Assembly (NCBI GenBank): GCA_963798845.1
Contig: CAWCUS010000002.1
Location: forward strand, 96,001 to 160,000
Direction of reading: 5' to 3'
DNA length: 64,000 nt
Source: an uncultured Gemmatimonadales bacterium
GTDB taxonomy: Bacteria > Gemmatimonadota > Gemmatimonadetes > Longimicrobiales > RSA9
Shown here one piece after another: positions 1 through 10,881 of this stretch. Numbering within the stretch: the stretch's first letter is position 1; every line of letters starts with the position of its first letter. The notes beneath the pieces are model-generated. The model did no database searches. It was given only the letters and a program-made list of their open reading frames with translations, and was not told where the DNA came from. The translations under genes were made by a program, and so were the position numbers.

Positions 1-2
1 GC

Positions 3-860
3 TGGTCTGACGTGGTGCTGCCGGAGTCTACGTACCTCGAGCGGGACGACGACCTGAACTCGGTCTGGTACCGGCAGGGCTTCGTGGCGCTCCGGCAGGC
101 GGCGGTGAGCCCGATGTACGATACGCGCCCCGGGTGGTGGATCGCCAGGGAGCTCGCCCGTCGTCTGAACCTGGCGGAGCACTTCCAGTGGGACGACGCG
201 CGCTCGTACGTGGACGCGCGGCTGAAGGCGGCGGGCGTGGACGTGGCGCAGGCCCGGCGCGACGGCGTCGTCATGGGCGAGCGCCAGCCGATCTACTACG
301 AGGAAGGGGCGCCGCCGGTGTTCTACACGGGCTCGGGGAAGATCGAGCTCTGGTCGCCGCAGCTGGCGTCGCTCGGCTTCGATCCGATCCCGACCTGGAA
401 GGACGGAGAGCTGGAGGAACCGCCGGCGGGCTATTACCGGCTCCTCTTCGGACGGGCGCCGACCATGACGTTCGGGCGGACCACGAACAACCGGCTCCTG
501 GCCGAGACGTTCCCGGAGAACGCCGTCTGGGTGAACAGCAAGGTGGCGCGGAAGTGGGGGCTGAAGAACGGGGAGCGCGTCTACCTGAAGAACCAGGACG
601 GGGTCCAGTCCACGTTCTCGGCGCCGGTGAAGGTGACGGAGCGGATCCGTCCCGACGCGGTCTACGTCGTCCACGGCTGGGGCCGCAAGGCGAAGGGGCT
701 GGAGTTCGCCCACGGCCGTGGGATCGACGACGCGGAGCTGGTGACGCGCTACAGGACCGACCCGCTGATGGGCGGGACGGGGATGAACGTGAACTTCGTG
801 ACGTTCGTCCGGGCCCCGGATGTGGCGGCGGCCGGGGGTGCGGAGGAGGTGGCTGAATGA
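3..860 (+). CDS. Molybdopterin oxidoreductase catalytic subunit (PsrA/PhsA-like), C-terminal part, truncated by window edge
   Basis: DVVLPESTYLER motif and C-terminal molybdopterin-binding domain (VWVN..A...GLKNGERV, VTERIRPD.VYVVHGWG); followed by 4Fe-4S and NrfD genes. Confidence 0.9.
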   Translation, partial: WSDVVLPESTYLERDDDLNSVWYRQGFVALRQAAVSPMYDTRPGWWIARELARRLNLAEHFQWDDARSYVDARLKAAGVDVAQARRDGVVMGERQPIYYEEGAPPVFYTGSGKIELWSPQLASLGFDPIPTWKDGELEEPPAGYYRLLFGRAPTMTFGRTTNNRLLAETFPENAVWVNSKVARKWGLKNGERVYLKNQDGVQSTFSAPVKVTERIRPDAVYVVHGWGRKAKGLEFAHGRGIDDAELVTRYRTDPLMGGTGMNVNFVTFVRAPDVAAAGGAEEVAE

Positions 861-1408
861 TCGGAAAGCGCTACGGCATGGCGCTCGACACGCGCACCTG
901 CGTGGGGTGCACGGCGTGCGTGGTGGCGTGCAAGACCGAAAACGACGTCGCGGAAGGGTTCTCCCGCGACTGGGTGACCACGGAGCTCACCGGTGAGTTC
1001 CCGTCGCTCTCCATGGAGATCCGGAGCGAGCGGTGCAACCACTGCGAGTCCGCGCCGTGCGTGGCCGCATGCCCGACGGGCGCTTCGTATTACGGCCCCG
1101 GCGGAACGGTACAGGTCGATGCGGACAGGTGCACGGGCTGCAAGGCGTGCATCGCGGCGTGCCCGTATGGCGCCCGCTTCGTGGACCCGCGCACCCGCAC
1201 CGTGGACAAGTGCACGTTGTGCGCGCACCGGGGCGCCGATGGCGGCGAATGGACCACCGCATGCCAGGACACGTGCCCGACCCGGAGCATCCATTTTGGC
1301 GACCTGAACGACCCCACGAGCGAGATCTCGCGACTGCTCGCCACGCGCAAGTGGCGCGTGCTCCTGCCGGAGGCGGGGACCAGGCCGAAGGTTTTCTACC
1401 TGGAGTAG
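857..1408 (+). CDS. 4Fe-4S dicluster electron-transfer subunit (PsrB/NrfC-like)
   Basis: Four Cys clusters (CVGCTACVVAC, CNHCESAPCVAACP, CTGCKACIAACP, CTLC...CQDTCP); ATGA overlap with upstream gene. Confidence 0.95.
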   Translation: MIGKRYGMALDTRTCVGCTACVVACKTENDVAEGFSRDWVTTELTGEFPSLSMEIRSERCNHCESAPCVAACPTGASYYGPGGTVQVDADRCTGCKACIAACPYGARFVDPRTRTVDKCTLCAHRGADGGEWTTACQDTCPTRSIHFGDLNDPTSEISRLLATRKWRVLLPEAGTRPKVFYLE

Positions 1409-1415
1409 CGGCGAC

Positions 1416-2408
1416 ATGAACGAATACACGACCACGCGCGCGAATGCGATGGTGGATCCCGGGCTCCACGTCTGGCACTACCAGGTGCCCGTGTACCTCT
1501 TCCTCGGCGGGTTGGTGGCCGGGGTGATGGTGCTGTCGGGCGTGTGGATGCTGCGCTCGCCCGGGCGGGAGCGCTCCCGTGCGCTTTCGCTCCTCCCGTG
1601 GGCGGCGCCGGTCCTGCTTTCCGCCGGCATGCTGTTCCTCTGGCTCGACCTGGAGAATCGCTGGAACGCCTTCCGGTTCTATCTCGCGTTCCGTCCCTCG
1701 TCGCCAATGTCGTGGGGGGCGTGGATCCTTCTGGCGATCTACCCCGCGAGCATCCTCCTGGCGCTGCGCATGACGCCCGTGGAGCTGCGCGCGTGTCCGC
1801 TTTCGAAGCTGGCGAAGCGGTTCGGGGCCTCGTCGCTCGGAAAGGGGCTCGAGACCGGTTTCACCCGGGCCACGTTCTGGGTGGACGACCACACGCGCGG
1901 TATCGCGCTCTGGAACGTGACGCTGGGTGGCGCCCTCGGGATCTACACCGGAATCCTGCTCGGCTCCCTGGGCGCCCGGCCGCTCTGGAGCTCCGCGATC
2001 CTCGGTCCGCTGTTCCTGGTCTCCGGGCTGTCCACGGGGGCGGCGTTCATGATGCTCACGGGCCTGCGCGACGATGAGCGGACGCTACTGGGGAAGACCG
2101 ACATGGGGCTGATCGTTGTGGAGCTGGCGCTCCTGGCCCTGCTCCTGATCGGCCTGACCACGGGTGGAGGAGCGTCGCGCGAAGCGGCGGGCGTGCTGCT
2201 CGGCGGCCCCTATACCGCCGCGTTCTGGACCATGGTCGTGGCGCTGGGGCTGCTTGCGCCGCTCTCGGCCGAGTGGCTGGAGGCGAAGCATGGGGTGGTG
2301 TCCGGTCGCATGGCGGCGGTGCTGGTGCTGACAGGCGGGCTGGCGCTCCGCTGGGTGCTCGTGGCCGCGGGCCAGCACACCACGTGGCTCATGGCCGCGC
2401 TCAGGTAG
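1416..2408 (+). CDS. nrfD: NrfD/PsrC family membrane anchor
   Basis: W..QVPVYLFLGGL, LWLDL, SPMSWGAWIL, YTGILL..RPLW motifs; multiple TM helices. Confidence 0.92.
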   Translation: MNEYTTTRANAMVDPGLHVWHYQVPVYLFLGGLVAGVMVLSGVWMLRSPGRERSRALSLLPWAAPVLLSAGMLFLWLDLENRWNAFRFYLAFRPSSPMSWGAWILLAIYPASILLALRMTPVELRACPLSKLAKRFGASSLGKGLETGFTRATFWVDDHTRGIALWNVTLGGALGIYTGILLGSLGARPLWSSAILGPLFLVSGLSTGAAFMMLTGLRDDERTLLGKTDMGLIVVELALLALLLIGLTTGGGASREAAGVLLGGPYTAAFWTMVVALGLLAPLSAEWLEAKHGVVSGRMAAVLVLTGGLALRWVLVAAGQHTTWLMAALR

Positions 2409-2424
2409 GCGGAAAGGAGTGGAC

Positions 2425-2934
2425 ATGGAAGCGAAGAAATACTGGAACCCGTACGCCGCCGGTGTCCTTCTGGGGTTGACGCTCCTGGCCGCGTTCCTGG
2501 TCAGCGGGGGCGGTCTGGGGGCGAGCGCCATGCCGAAGCGGCTCATCGCGCTCGGCGCCATGAAGGCGGCACCCGCGTGGACCGCGGCCAATCCGGCACT
2601 GGGAAGCTACGTGGAGGCAGGGAACCCGCTCCGCAACTGGCTGGTGGTGGAAGTGATCGGTGTGCTGTTGGGCGGCTTCATCGCCGCGGTGTCGGCCGGA
2701 CGGTTCCGCGCCACCGTGGAGAAGGGCCCGCGCATCTCCACGGGCGGGCGCCTGCTCTACGCCGCCACGGGTGGCGTGATCATGGGCTTCGCCGCGGCGC
2801 TGGCCCGCGGCTGCACGTCGGGACAGGCGCTGTCGGGCGGCGCGCTGCTGGCCACCGGGAGCTGGATCTTCATGCTGATGGTATTCGCGGGCGGCTACGC
2901 CGCCGCGTGGTTCGTGAGGAGGCAGTGGACATGA
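2425..2934 (+). CDS. YeeE/YedE sulfur-compound transporter
   Basis: YWNPYAAGVLLG N-terminus, LARGCTSG motif; AAGGAG RBS before ATG 2425. Confidence 0.88.
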   Translation: MEAKKYWNPYAAGVLLGLTLLAAFLVSGGGLGASAMPKRLIALGAMKAAPAWTAANPALGSYVEAGNPLRNWLVVEVIGVLLGGFIAAVSAGRFRATVEKGPRISTGGRLLYAATGGVIMGFAAALARGCTSGQALSGGALLATGSWIFMLMVFAGGYAAAWFVRRQWT

Positions 2935-4112
2935 GCGTGTTTCCGCTGGTCTTCGCCAACGACGAGGTGCGACTCCTCACCGGCCTCGTCATCGGGTTCT
3001 TCTTCGGCTTCGCGCTGGAGCGCGGCGGTTTCGGCAACGCGCGCAAGCTCGCCGGCCAGTTCTACCTGCACGACATGACCGTGTTCAAGGTCATGTTCAC
3101 GGCCATCCTGGTGGCCATGGTCGGACTTTACACGCTGGTCGGCCTCGGCTGGGTGGACATGGCCCGGCTCTGGGTCAATCCCACCTTCCTGTGGTCGGAG
3201 CTGGTGGGCGGGTTCCTGCTCGGCGTCGGCTTCATCATGAGCGGCCTCTGCCCCGGCACTTCCGTGGTCTCGGCCGCTTCGGGACGCTGGGACGGGCTGG
3301 CCGCCATCGGCGGTATCTTCGTCGGTACCTTCTTCTTCACGCTGGCCGTGGACTGGTTCCCGGCGCTGAATACGCTGTATCACGCGGGCAGCCTGGGCGT
3401 GTCCGTTCTCCCCACCCTTTTCGGCCTCCCGACGCTGCCGTTCGTGCTCGGCGTGGTCGTGCTGGCCGGGATGGCGTTCGTCGGCGCGGAGATGGTGGAG
3501 CGCGCGTTCCGGACCCGGCACGCCGAGGTCGAGCTGACGCCGTCGCCGATCCCGTTCGCGAAGTTCGGGCTGGCCGGCGCGCTGGCGCTGGTGCTCTTCG
3601 TCGGTCTCGGGCTCCGGCCCGGTCCCACGACCATGCCGGTGCGCGCGGTGGCGCAGGACCCGGTCGCAGCCATCGACCTTGCCCGGCGCGTGATCGCGGG
3701 GGACCCGGACCTGATGATCCTGGACCTGCGAGGCGATGCCGAGGATCGCATTCCGGGATCGTATCCCGCGGCAGCGGACGAGTCCGCGGCGCCGATCCTG
3801 GCGGCGGCGGGCGAGAACACCGACGTGGTGCTGGTCACCGAGGACGGCGCCCTGGACGCGGTGCCCGCTTCGTGGCCCGCGCGCCCTCGCTACCGCATGC
3901 TGCGGGGTGGCTGGGCGGCCTGGGATTCGGACGTGCTGACGCCCGCACAGCCGAACGGCACGGGCGCCGAGGAGATGGACCGCGTGCGCGAGCAGAACGG
4001 CATCTCGGCGTTCTTCTCGGGCGCCGGCACGCTCGCTCCGCAGCTGGCCGCGCCGCCGCCGGTACTGCCGCAGGGCGGGAGCGCGGCGAAGCCGAAGCGG
4101 GGCGGCTGCTGA
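2931..4112 (+). CDS. YeeE/YedE transporter fused to a rhodanese-like domain with C-terminal GGC tail
   Basis: FGFALERGGF, GLCPGTS motifs; then ILDLR...IPGS...MLRGGWAAW rhodanese-like fold; ends KPKRGGC; ATGA overlap. Confidence 0.85.
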   Translation: MSVFPLVFANDEVRLLTGLVIGFFFGFALERGGFGNARKLAGQFYLHDMTVFKVMFTAILVAMVGLYTLVGLGWVDMARLWVNPTFLWSELVGGFLLGVGFIMSGLCPGTSVVSAASGRWDGLAAIGGIFVGTFFFTLAVDWFPALNTLYHAGSLGVSVLPTLFGLPTLPFVLGVVVLAGMAFVGAEMVERAFRTRHAEVELTPSPIPFAKFGLAGALALVLFVGLGLRPGPTTMPVRAVAQDPVAAIDLARRVIAGDPDLMILDLRGDAEDRIPGSYPAAADESAAPILAAAGENTDVVLVTEDGALDAVPASWPARPRYRMLRGGWAAWDSDVLTPAQPNGTGAEEMDRVREQNGISAFFSGAGTLAPQLAAPPPVLPQGGSAAKPKRGGC

Positions 4113-4116
4113 ACGG

Positions 4117-4659
4117 TCAAACCTTGCCGAGCACCGCCCGCTCCACCACGTCGCCGACCTTCGTCGCCAGCGCCGGGTCGTCCGCGAAGAAGACGGGGAA
4201 AGGAGCGCGCGCGGCGTAGTCCGGGTCGTCCGTGATCCCGGCGATGAGCTCGGACGCGCCCGCTCCCGCGGGATCGAAGACGGGATGCTCGTGCGCGGCG
4301 CGGCGGAAGATCTCGATCTTCGGCAGGCTCTCGCCTTTGAAGCCTTCCACCACGACCACGTCGGCATCGGACAGGTAGCGCGACGCGAGCTCGGCCGCTC
4401 CCATCTCTCGCCCGGCCGGCCACGTGCCCACCACGGAGAACTGACCGGGACCCGCCAGCACCACCCGCTCCGCGCCGCCTTCCAGGCGATGGCGGTAGGA
4501 GTCGGTGTCCGGACGGTCCAGGTCGAAGTGGTGCCCGTGCTTGATGGTCATCGCGCGGTACCCGCGGGCCCGGAGCTCCCTCAGCAGGAAGAGCACCGTC
4601 GTCGTCTTGCCGGACTTCTTCTTTCCCACCACGCAGACCATCGGCGGCGTGCTCGACAT
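4117..4659 (-). CDS. mobB: Molybdopterin-guanine dinucleotide biosynthesis protein B
   Basis: GKKKSGKTT P-loop, IKHGHHFDLD, DSYRH, DVVVVEGFK. Confidence 0.92.
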   Translation of the reverse strand: MSSTPPMVCVVGKKKSGKTTTVLFLLRELRARGYRAMTIKHGHHFDLDRPDTDSYRHRLEGGAERVVLAGPGQFSVVGTWPAGREMGAAELASRYLSDADVVVVEGFKGESLPKIEIFRRAAHEHPVFDPAGAGASELIAGITDDPDYAARAPFPVFFADDPALATKVGDVVERAVLGKV

Positions 4660-4731
4660 GGCGGCAAAGATGCGGTCGCGGCCGGACCGTCGCCACTGGA
4701 CGTCCCGTCAGAGCGCACCCGGGCGCGGGCT

Positions 4732-5445
4732 TCAGGCGCCGCCGGTGGATCGCGCGAGCCGCAGGCTGCGAGCGCGCGCCGCCACGGCGGTGCCGCCGAT
4801 GTAGAGACCGAAGCCGCCCGCGAAGGCGGTGGCGACCCGTAGCAGTCGCGGCAGCAGCGGGGCCGCCCGGGTAATGTCGCTCGTTCCGCGGGTGAGCATG
4901 AGTGCCCGGGCCTCGCCCAGCGCCAGGTGGAGCACCACCAGAAGGGCCATGAAGACGACGAATGGGAGCACGGCCGGGAGCCGCAAGCGCGCCACGGCCT
5001 CCACCATGGGAATGAACGGCAGAACCAGCGCTGCCCAGAACAGCCAGCTCCCGAGCTCGCGGAATACCGTCGCGAGCCCGCCCGCCCCGGCGAGCACCAT
5101 GACGAGGAGCGCGAAGACGGTATAGATCACCCCGGTCGCCACCAGGGCGAGGGAGCCGGCCACGGCATGCTCGACAGGGGAGACCAGGTTGTGGCGCAGG
5201 AACGTCACGAGCCCCGTCTCTCTCTGTTCCTCGAGACCGGAGCGAAGAGCGAAGAGGAGTCCGACGAAATAGCCGTATCCGGCCAGGTCGGAATCCGCGT
5301 GCCAGCCCGATCCCGCCCTCCACGGCAGGAAGGCGGCCAGCATGATGATCGCGCCGGCCCCGGTGAAGCCGGCCCGCGTGAGCCACATCCGGAGGTTGGT
5401 CCGGAGCGCGAAGGCTGCCAGCGCCAATGTCGTGCGTGCGGTCAC
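4732..5445 (-). CDS. Putative ABC transporter permease (multi-TM membrane protein)
   Basis: About 6 hydrophobic segments; GTGA overlap with upstream ABC ATPase. Confidence 0.7.
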   Translation of the reverse strand: MTARTTLALAAFALRTNLRMWLTRAGFTGAGAIIMLAAFLPWRAGSGWHADSDLAGYGYFVGLLFALRSGLEEQRETGLVTFLRHNLVSPVEHAVAGSLALVATGVIYTVFALLVMVLAGAGGLATVFRELGSWLFWAALVLPFIPMVEAVARLRLPAVLPFVVFMALLVVLHLALGEARALMLTRGTSDITRAAPLLPRLLRVATAFAGGFGLYIGGTAVAARARSLRLARSTGGA

Positions 5446-6122
5446 GATCCGCCTCCCGCGTTGCCCTCGACCCGAGGTGCCGTATCGGGGACGGCCACAC
5501 CCACCGCACCGCCGAGCCGCCCCGCCACTCCGGCCTCGAGGTGGATCCCGCCATCCCGGAGCGCCCGTTCGGTGGACTGGTTCGTGGCCACGATCACGAC
5601 GTGGTGCCGTGCCCGCGCCTCCAGCGCACGGGTGAGCTCCCCCTTCGCATCGGGGGACAGATGCTCGTACGGCTCATCCAGCAGGAGCGGACCCTCCAGG
5701 CGGAGGAGCGCGTCCAGGACGAGCCGTTTCCGCTCCCCTGTGGACAGGCGGCCAACCCGCCGGCCGTCCGCGACGTCAGGCCAGAGCGGAGTCCGCCCCG
5801 TGTGGCCGACGAGCCGGATCATCAGGGAATCCCAGTCCCCCGCCTCCGCGCTGGCCGGCAGCGTCATCTCGGACTGGAAATAGCGCCACGCCCGCGGATC
5901 GGCCGGCGCCCGGCGCACGGTTCCACCGCGCGGCCGATCGAGTCCCGCCAGGACCCGAAGCAGGCTCGTCTTCCCTGCGCCGTTGGGGCCCACCACCCAG
6001 AAGATCCTGCCCGGGCCGATGTCGAACCCCAGCCCCTCAACTACCGGGTTCGGGCCCCGGCGCACCTCCAGTCCTTCCACCGTCAGTCGCGAGTTCCGGT
6101 GCGGGCGGGAGCTTGCAGGCAT
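5442..6122 (-). CDS. ABC transporter ATP-binding protein (compact; start uncertain)
   Basis: Walker A GPNGAGKT, signature LSTGE, Walker B LLLDE; H-loop reads ATNQ. Confidence 0.85.
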   Translation of the reverse strand: MPASSRPHRNSRLTVEGLEVRRGPNPVVEGLGFDIGPGRIFWVVGPNGAGKTSLLRVLAGLDRPRGGTVRRAPADPRAWRYFQSEMTLPASAEAGDWDSLMIRLVGHTGRTPLWPDVADGRRVGRLSTGERKRLVLDALLRLEGPLLLDEPYEHLSPDAKGELTRALEARARHHVVIVATNQSTERALRDGGIHLEAGVAGRLGGAVGVAVPDTAPRVEGNAGGGS

Positions 6123-7110
6123 GGAAGCCATCCTCGTCGTCTACAAGGAGAACGGTACGTTTGCGCGGGAGATAGGCCATCGCCGTGGCGGGCACGTCGG
6201 TGATGAACCCCTGGATGAACCGGAGCTGACGATCCAGGCGGAGGAGCGCCCGCTCGGGGCGGCTCCCCGTCAGCTGGTTCGTCCGGGTCATGACGTACAC
6301 CTCGTCCGAGCGCCGATCCAGGCTCATGGCGATGGCGGGCACCAGCATCTCGAGCATCTGAGCTTCCGTGACCGGCGCCGTGGGGATGAAGTCGATCCGG
6401 TCGCGCGTCGCGTCCGGCGTCGGCAGCGCCAGCTGGCGCACGCTGCCCCCGGGGTACAGGGCGAACGCGCGTGGCTCGAGGAACTGGTGCACCACGAGGG
6501 CGGTGCCATCCGAAAGCACCTCCACGAGAGCCGTGTTGCCCAGCGCAGCGACGACCATGTCGGTGTATGCGCGCTTCGGGATGTCCACGGGAGAAAGCGT
6601 ATCTCCGCGCCACCGCTCCAGGAGCGTGGGCGGGCTGGGGCCGAAGGGCATCGCAGTGACGAGGAAGCTGCCGTCGCCCGTCTCGGCGAGCGATGCGGGG
6701 GCGAAATCGAGGGGCGTGCTCCGAAGCTCCCGACCATCCAGCGACAGGAGCACCAGCCGGAGGTTGCCCCGTCCGGCGATCGCCACAGCGGTGTCACCCG
6801 CAGGGACGGCGCTCACGGGCTCCTCGACCGCGCCGGGCCCCGTCTCGACGTAGCTCACCTCCCACAGCCGACGGAGCTCGTCGTCGAACAGGGCCACGGT
6901 GCGCTGGGCTTCGTCCAGCACGGTCCAGGTGGAATCGGACACGCCCCGCATCTCGGCCACCGCGTACTCCCCGTCCACGTGCACGGGGCGACAGTCCAGG
7001 CGGGCGGCCCGCTTCAGGAAGCCATCCACGATCGTATAGCCGGGCCGCCCGGCGTCATGGCACCCGGGCAGCAGCATCAGCAGCAGAATGAGAAAGGTCG
7101 ACCGGCGCAT
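6037..7110 (-). CDS. Lipoprotein, probable 6-bladed beta-propeller
   Basis: MRRSTFLILLLMLLPGC lipobox; GPGAVEEP (GPGEF-like) motif and repeated beta-blade pattern; GGAGG RBS. Confidence 0.7.
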   Translation of the reverse strand: MRRSTFLILLLMLLPGCHDAGRPGYTIVDGFLKRAARLDCRPVHVDGEYAVAEMRGVSDSTWTVLDEAQRTVALFDDELRRLWEVSYVETGPGAVEEPVSAVPAGDTAVAIAGRGNLRLVLLSLDGRELRSTPLDFAPASLAETGDGSFLVTAMPFGPSPPTLLERWRGDTLSPVDIPKRAYTDMVVAALGNTALVEVLSDGTALVVHQFLEPRAFALYPGGSVRQLALPTPDATRDRIDFIPTAPVTEAQMLEMLVPAIAMSLDRRSDEVYVMTRTNQLTGSRPERALLRLDRQLRFIQGFITDVPATAMAYLPRKRTVLLVDDEDGFHACKLPPAPELATDGGRTGGAPGPEPGS

Positions 7111-7131
7111 GAAAGGCACCTCCGTGAGTAG

Positions 7132-7326
7132 CTAGACGCTCCGCCTCAGGCACCCGACGTAGCTGGCGAAGCAGCTGATGTCGGCCATTCTCTTCAGCAT
7201 CCCTGAGTAGTAGTACGAGTCGTTCAGACACCTCACGTACTCCGTCGTGCACTCGGCGGCCACGGGCCGCGGTACGGCGGTGATCGCCCCCGCGGAGAGG
7301 GCGAGCATCAGGATGATCTTGTTCAT
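7132..7326 (-). CDS. Small secreted peptide (64 aa) with CX6C-X18-CX6C core
   Basis: AGGAGG RBS; Sec signal MNKIILMLALSAGAITAVPRPVAA; mature ECTTEYVRCLNDSYYYSGMLKRMADISCFASYVGCLRRSV. Confidence 0.8.
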   Translation of the reverse strand: MNKIILMLALSAGAITAVPRPVAAECTTEYVRCLNDSYYYSGMLKRMADISCFASYVGCLRRSV

Positions 7327-7510
7327 TGTTGCCTCCTCGGTTCGCGTTGGGCGCCGGCCGACCCTTCGCGACCGAGGGTGCTCCATGATAAGGGGCCCAT
7401 CCATAGCGGAACGGGACCCGCTCGCGCGAAGGCCAAACCTCCAGCCGCGCAGGGCCCCGGACGGCGCTCAGGTTGACGCGCCGCCCGTGCTTCCGCTAGC
7501 GTCCGACGTG

Positions 7511-9390
<1,880 letters not shown>

Positions 9391-9404
9391 TCGGCGGCGA
9401 GCCG

Positions 9405-9443
9405 GGCGGTGCCACATCGAAGTGGCACCGCCATCACTATTTC
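9405..9443 (+). terminator. Probable intrinsic terminator after thiC
   Basis: Perfect 11-bp stem GGCGGTGCCAC-ATCGAA-GTGGCACCGCC; weak T-tail. Confidence 0.55.
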
Positions 9444-9543
9444 AGGCCCCGGGTTGGCTGGCCAGGCCGTAACCACGCTATGGTAGGCGCATGCGCGTCC
9501 GGACTGTGGAAGGACGTGGGGTGCCCGCGGGAGAGCTGACGTC

Positions 9544-10881
9544 GTGAGCGCGGTGGACGGCAACGGCACGGCGGGCGGAGCGGCCTCGCCCGCCGGCGAG
9601 GCCGGCGAGGCCGCTCGGCAATCGGCGGCATCGGCCGTCCTGCGCGGCGAAGGTCGCGGGCCGTGGTACGCGCGGCTTCTGCCGTTCCTCGGGCCCGCGT
9701 TCGTCGCCTCGGTGGCGTACGTGGATCCGGGCAACTTCGCCACCAACATCCAGGCGGGCGCCACGTTCGGCTACACGCTGCTGTGGGTCATCGTGGCGAG
9801 CAACCTGGCGGCCATGCTGATCCAGACGCTGTCGGCCAAGCTCGGCATCGCCACGGGCTGCAACCTGGCAGAGGTCTGCCGCGACCACTACCCTCGCCCA
9901 GTGGTGTGGGGGATGTGGGTGGTCTCGGAGCTCGTCGCGATCGCCACGGACCTGGCCGAGTTCCTCGGCGCGGCCGTCGGCTTCAACCTGCTCTTCGGCA
10001 TCCCGCTGCTGCCGGCGGCGTTGCTCACGGGCGTCACCACCTTCCTGATCCTTGGGCTGCAGCGCTACGGGTTCCGCCCCATCGAAGCGGTGATCACCGC
10101 CATGGTGGGTGTCATAGCCCTCTCCTATCTCGTCGAGACGCTGCTGGAATGGCCGGACTGGAGCGCGCTCTTCGCCAGCGCGGTCACGCCCCGGTTCCAG
10201 GGCACGGAGAGCGTGCTGCTGGCGGTGGGGATTCTCGGGGCGACTGTGATGCCTCACGTCATCTTCCTGCACTCCTCGCTGACGCAGAACCGCATCCGCA
10301 CCACCAGCCCGGACCAGATGCGCCGGCTGTTCCGGTTTCAGCTCGTCAATGTCACGGTGGCCATGGGGCTGGCAGGCCTCATCAACGGTGCGATGCTGGT
10401 CATGGCGGCGGCCACCTTCCACCGCGCGGGGCTGACGCAGGTGGCTTCCATCGAGGAGGCGTACCGCACCCTCACGCCGCTGCTGGGCCCGCTGGCGAGC
10501 GTGGTGTTCGCCATATCGCTCCTGGCGTCGGGACTCTCGTCTTCGACGGTGGGCACCATGGCCGGGCAGGTGATCATGCAGGGGTTCCTGCACTGGCACG
10601 TGCCGATCTGGGTGCGGCGACTGGTGACCATGGCGCCGGCCATCGTCGTCATCGCGGCGGGGCTCGACCCGACCCGGACGCTGGTGATCAGCCAGGTCGT
10701 GCTGTCGTTCGGAATCCCCTTCGCGCTGGTCCCGCTGGTGCAGTTCACCAGGAGGGCCGAGCTGATGGGTGTGCTGGTGAATCGTCGCCCGACGACCGTC
10801 GTGACCTGGGTCATTGCCGCCGCCATCATCGCGCTGAACTTCTACCTTCTGTTCCAGATCTTCACGGGAGGCGGCCCATGA
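9544..10881 (+). CDS. mntH: NRAMP family divalent metal (Mn2+) transporter
   Basis: DPGN and GATVMPH motifs, GTMAGQVIMQGF. Confidence 0.95.
   Translation: MSAVDGNGTAGGAASPAGEAGEAARQSAASAVLRGEGRGPWYARLLPFLGPAFVASVAYVDPGNFATNIQAGATFGYTLLWVIVASNLAAMLIQTLSAKLGIATGCNLAEVCRDHYPRPVVWGMWVVSELVAIATDLAEFLGAAVGFNLLFGIPLLPAALLTGVTTFLILGLQRYGFRPIEAVITAMVGVIALSYLVETLLEWPDWSALFASAVTPRFQGTESVLLAVGILGATVMPHVIFLHSSLTQNRIRTTSPDQMRRLFRFQLVNVTVAMGLAGLINGAMLVMAAATFHRAGLTQVASIEEAYRTLTPLLGPLASVVFAISLLASGLSSSTVGTMAGQVIMQGFLHWHVPIWVRRLVTMAPAIVVIAAGLDPTRTLVISQVVLSFGIPFALVPLVQFTRRAELMGVLVNRRPTTVVTWVIAAAIIALNFYLLFQIFTGGGP

Noticed and set aside
4101..4160. GGC followed by TGA as a possible selenocysteine read-through (GGCU)
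   Set aside because: No recognisable SECIS, and read-through would run antisense into mobB; TGA is the usual stop in this GC-rich DNA.
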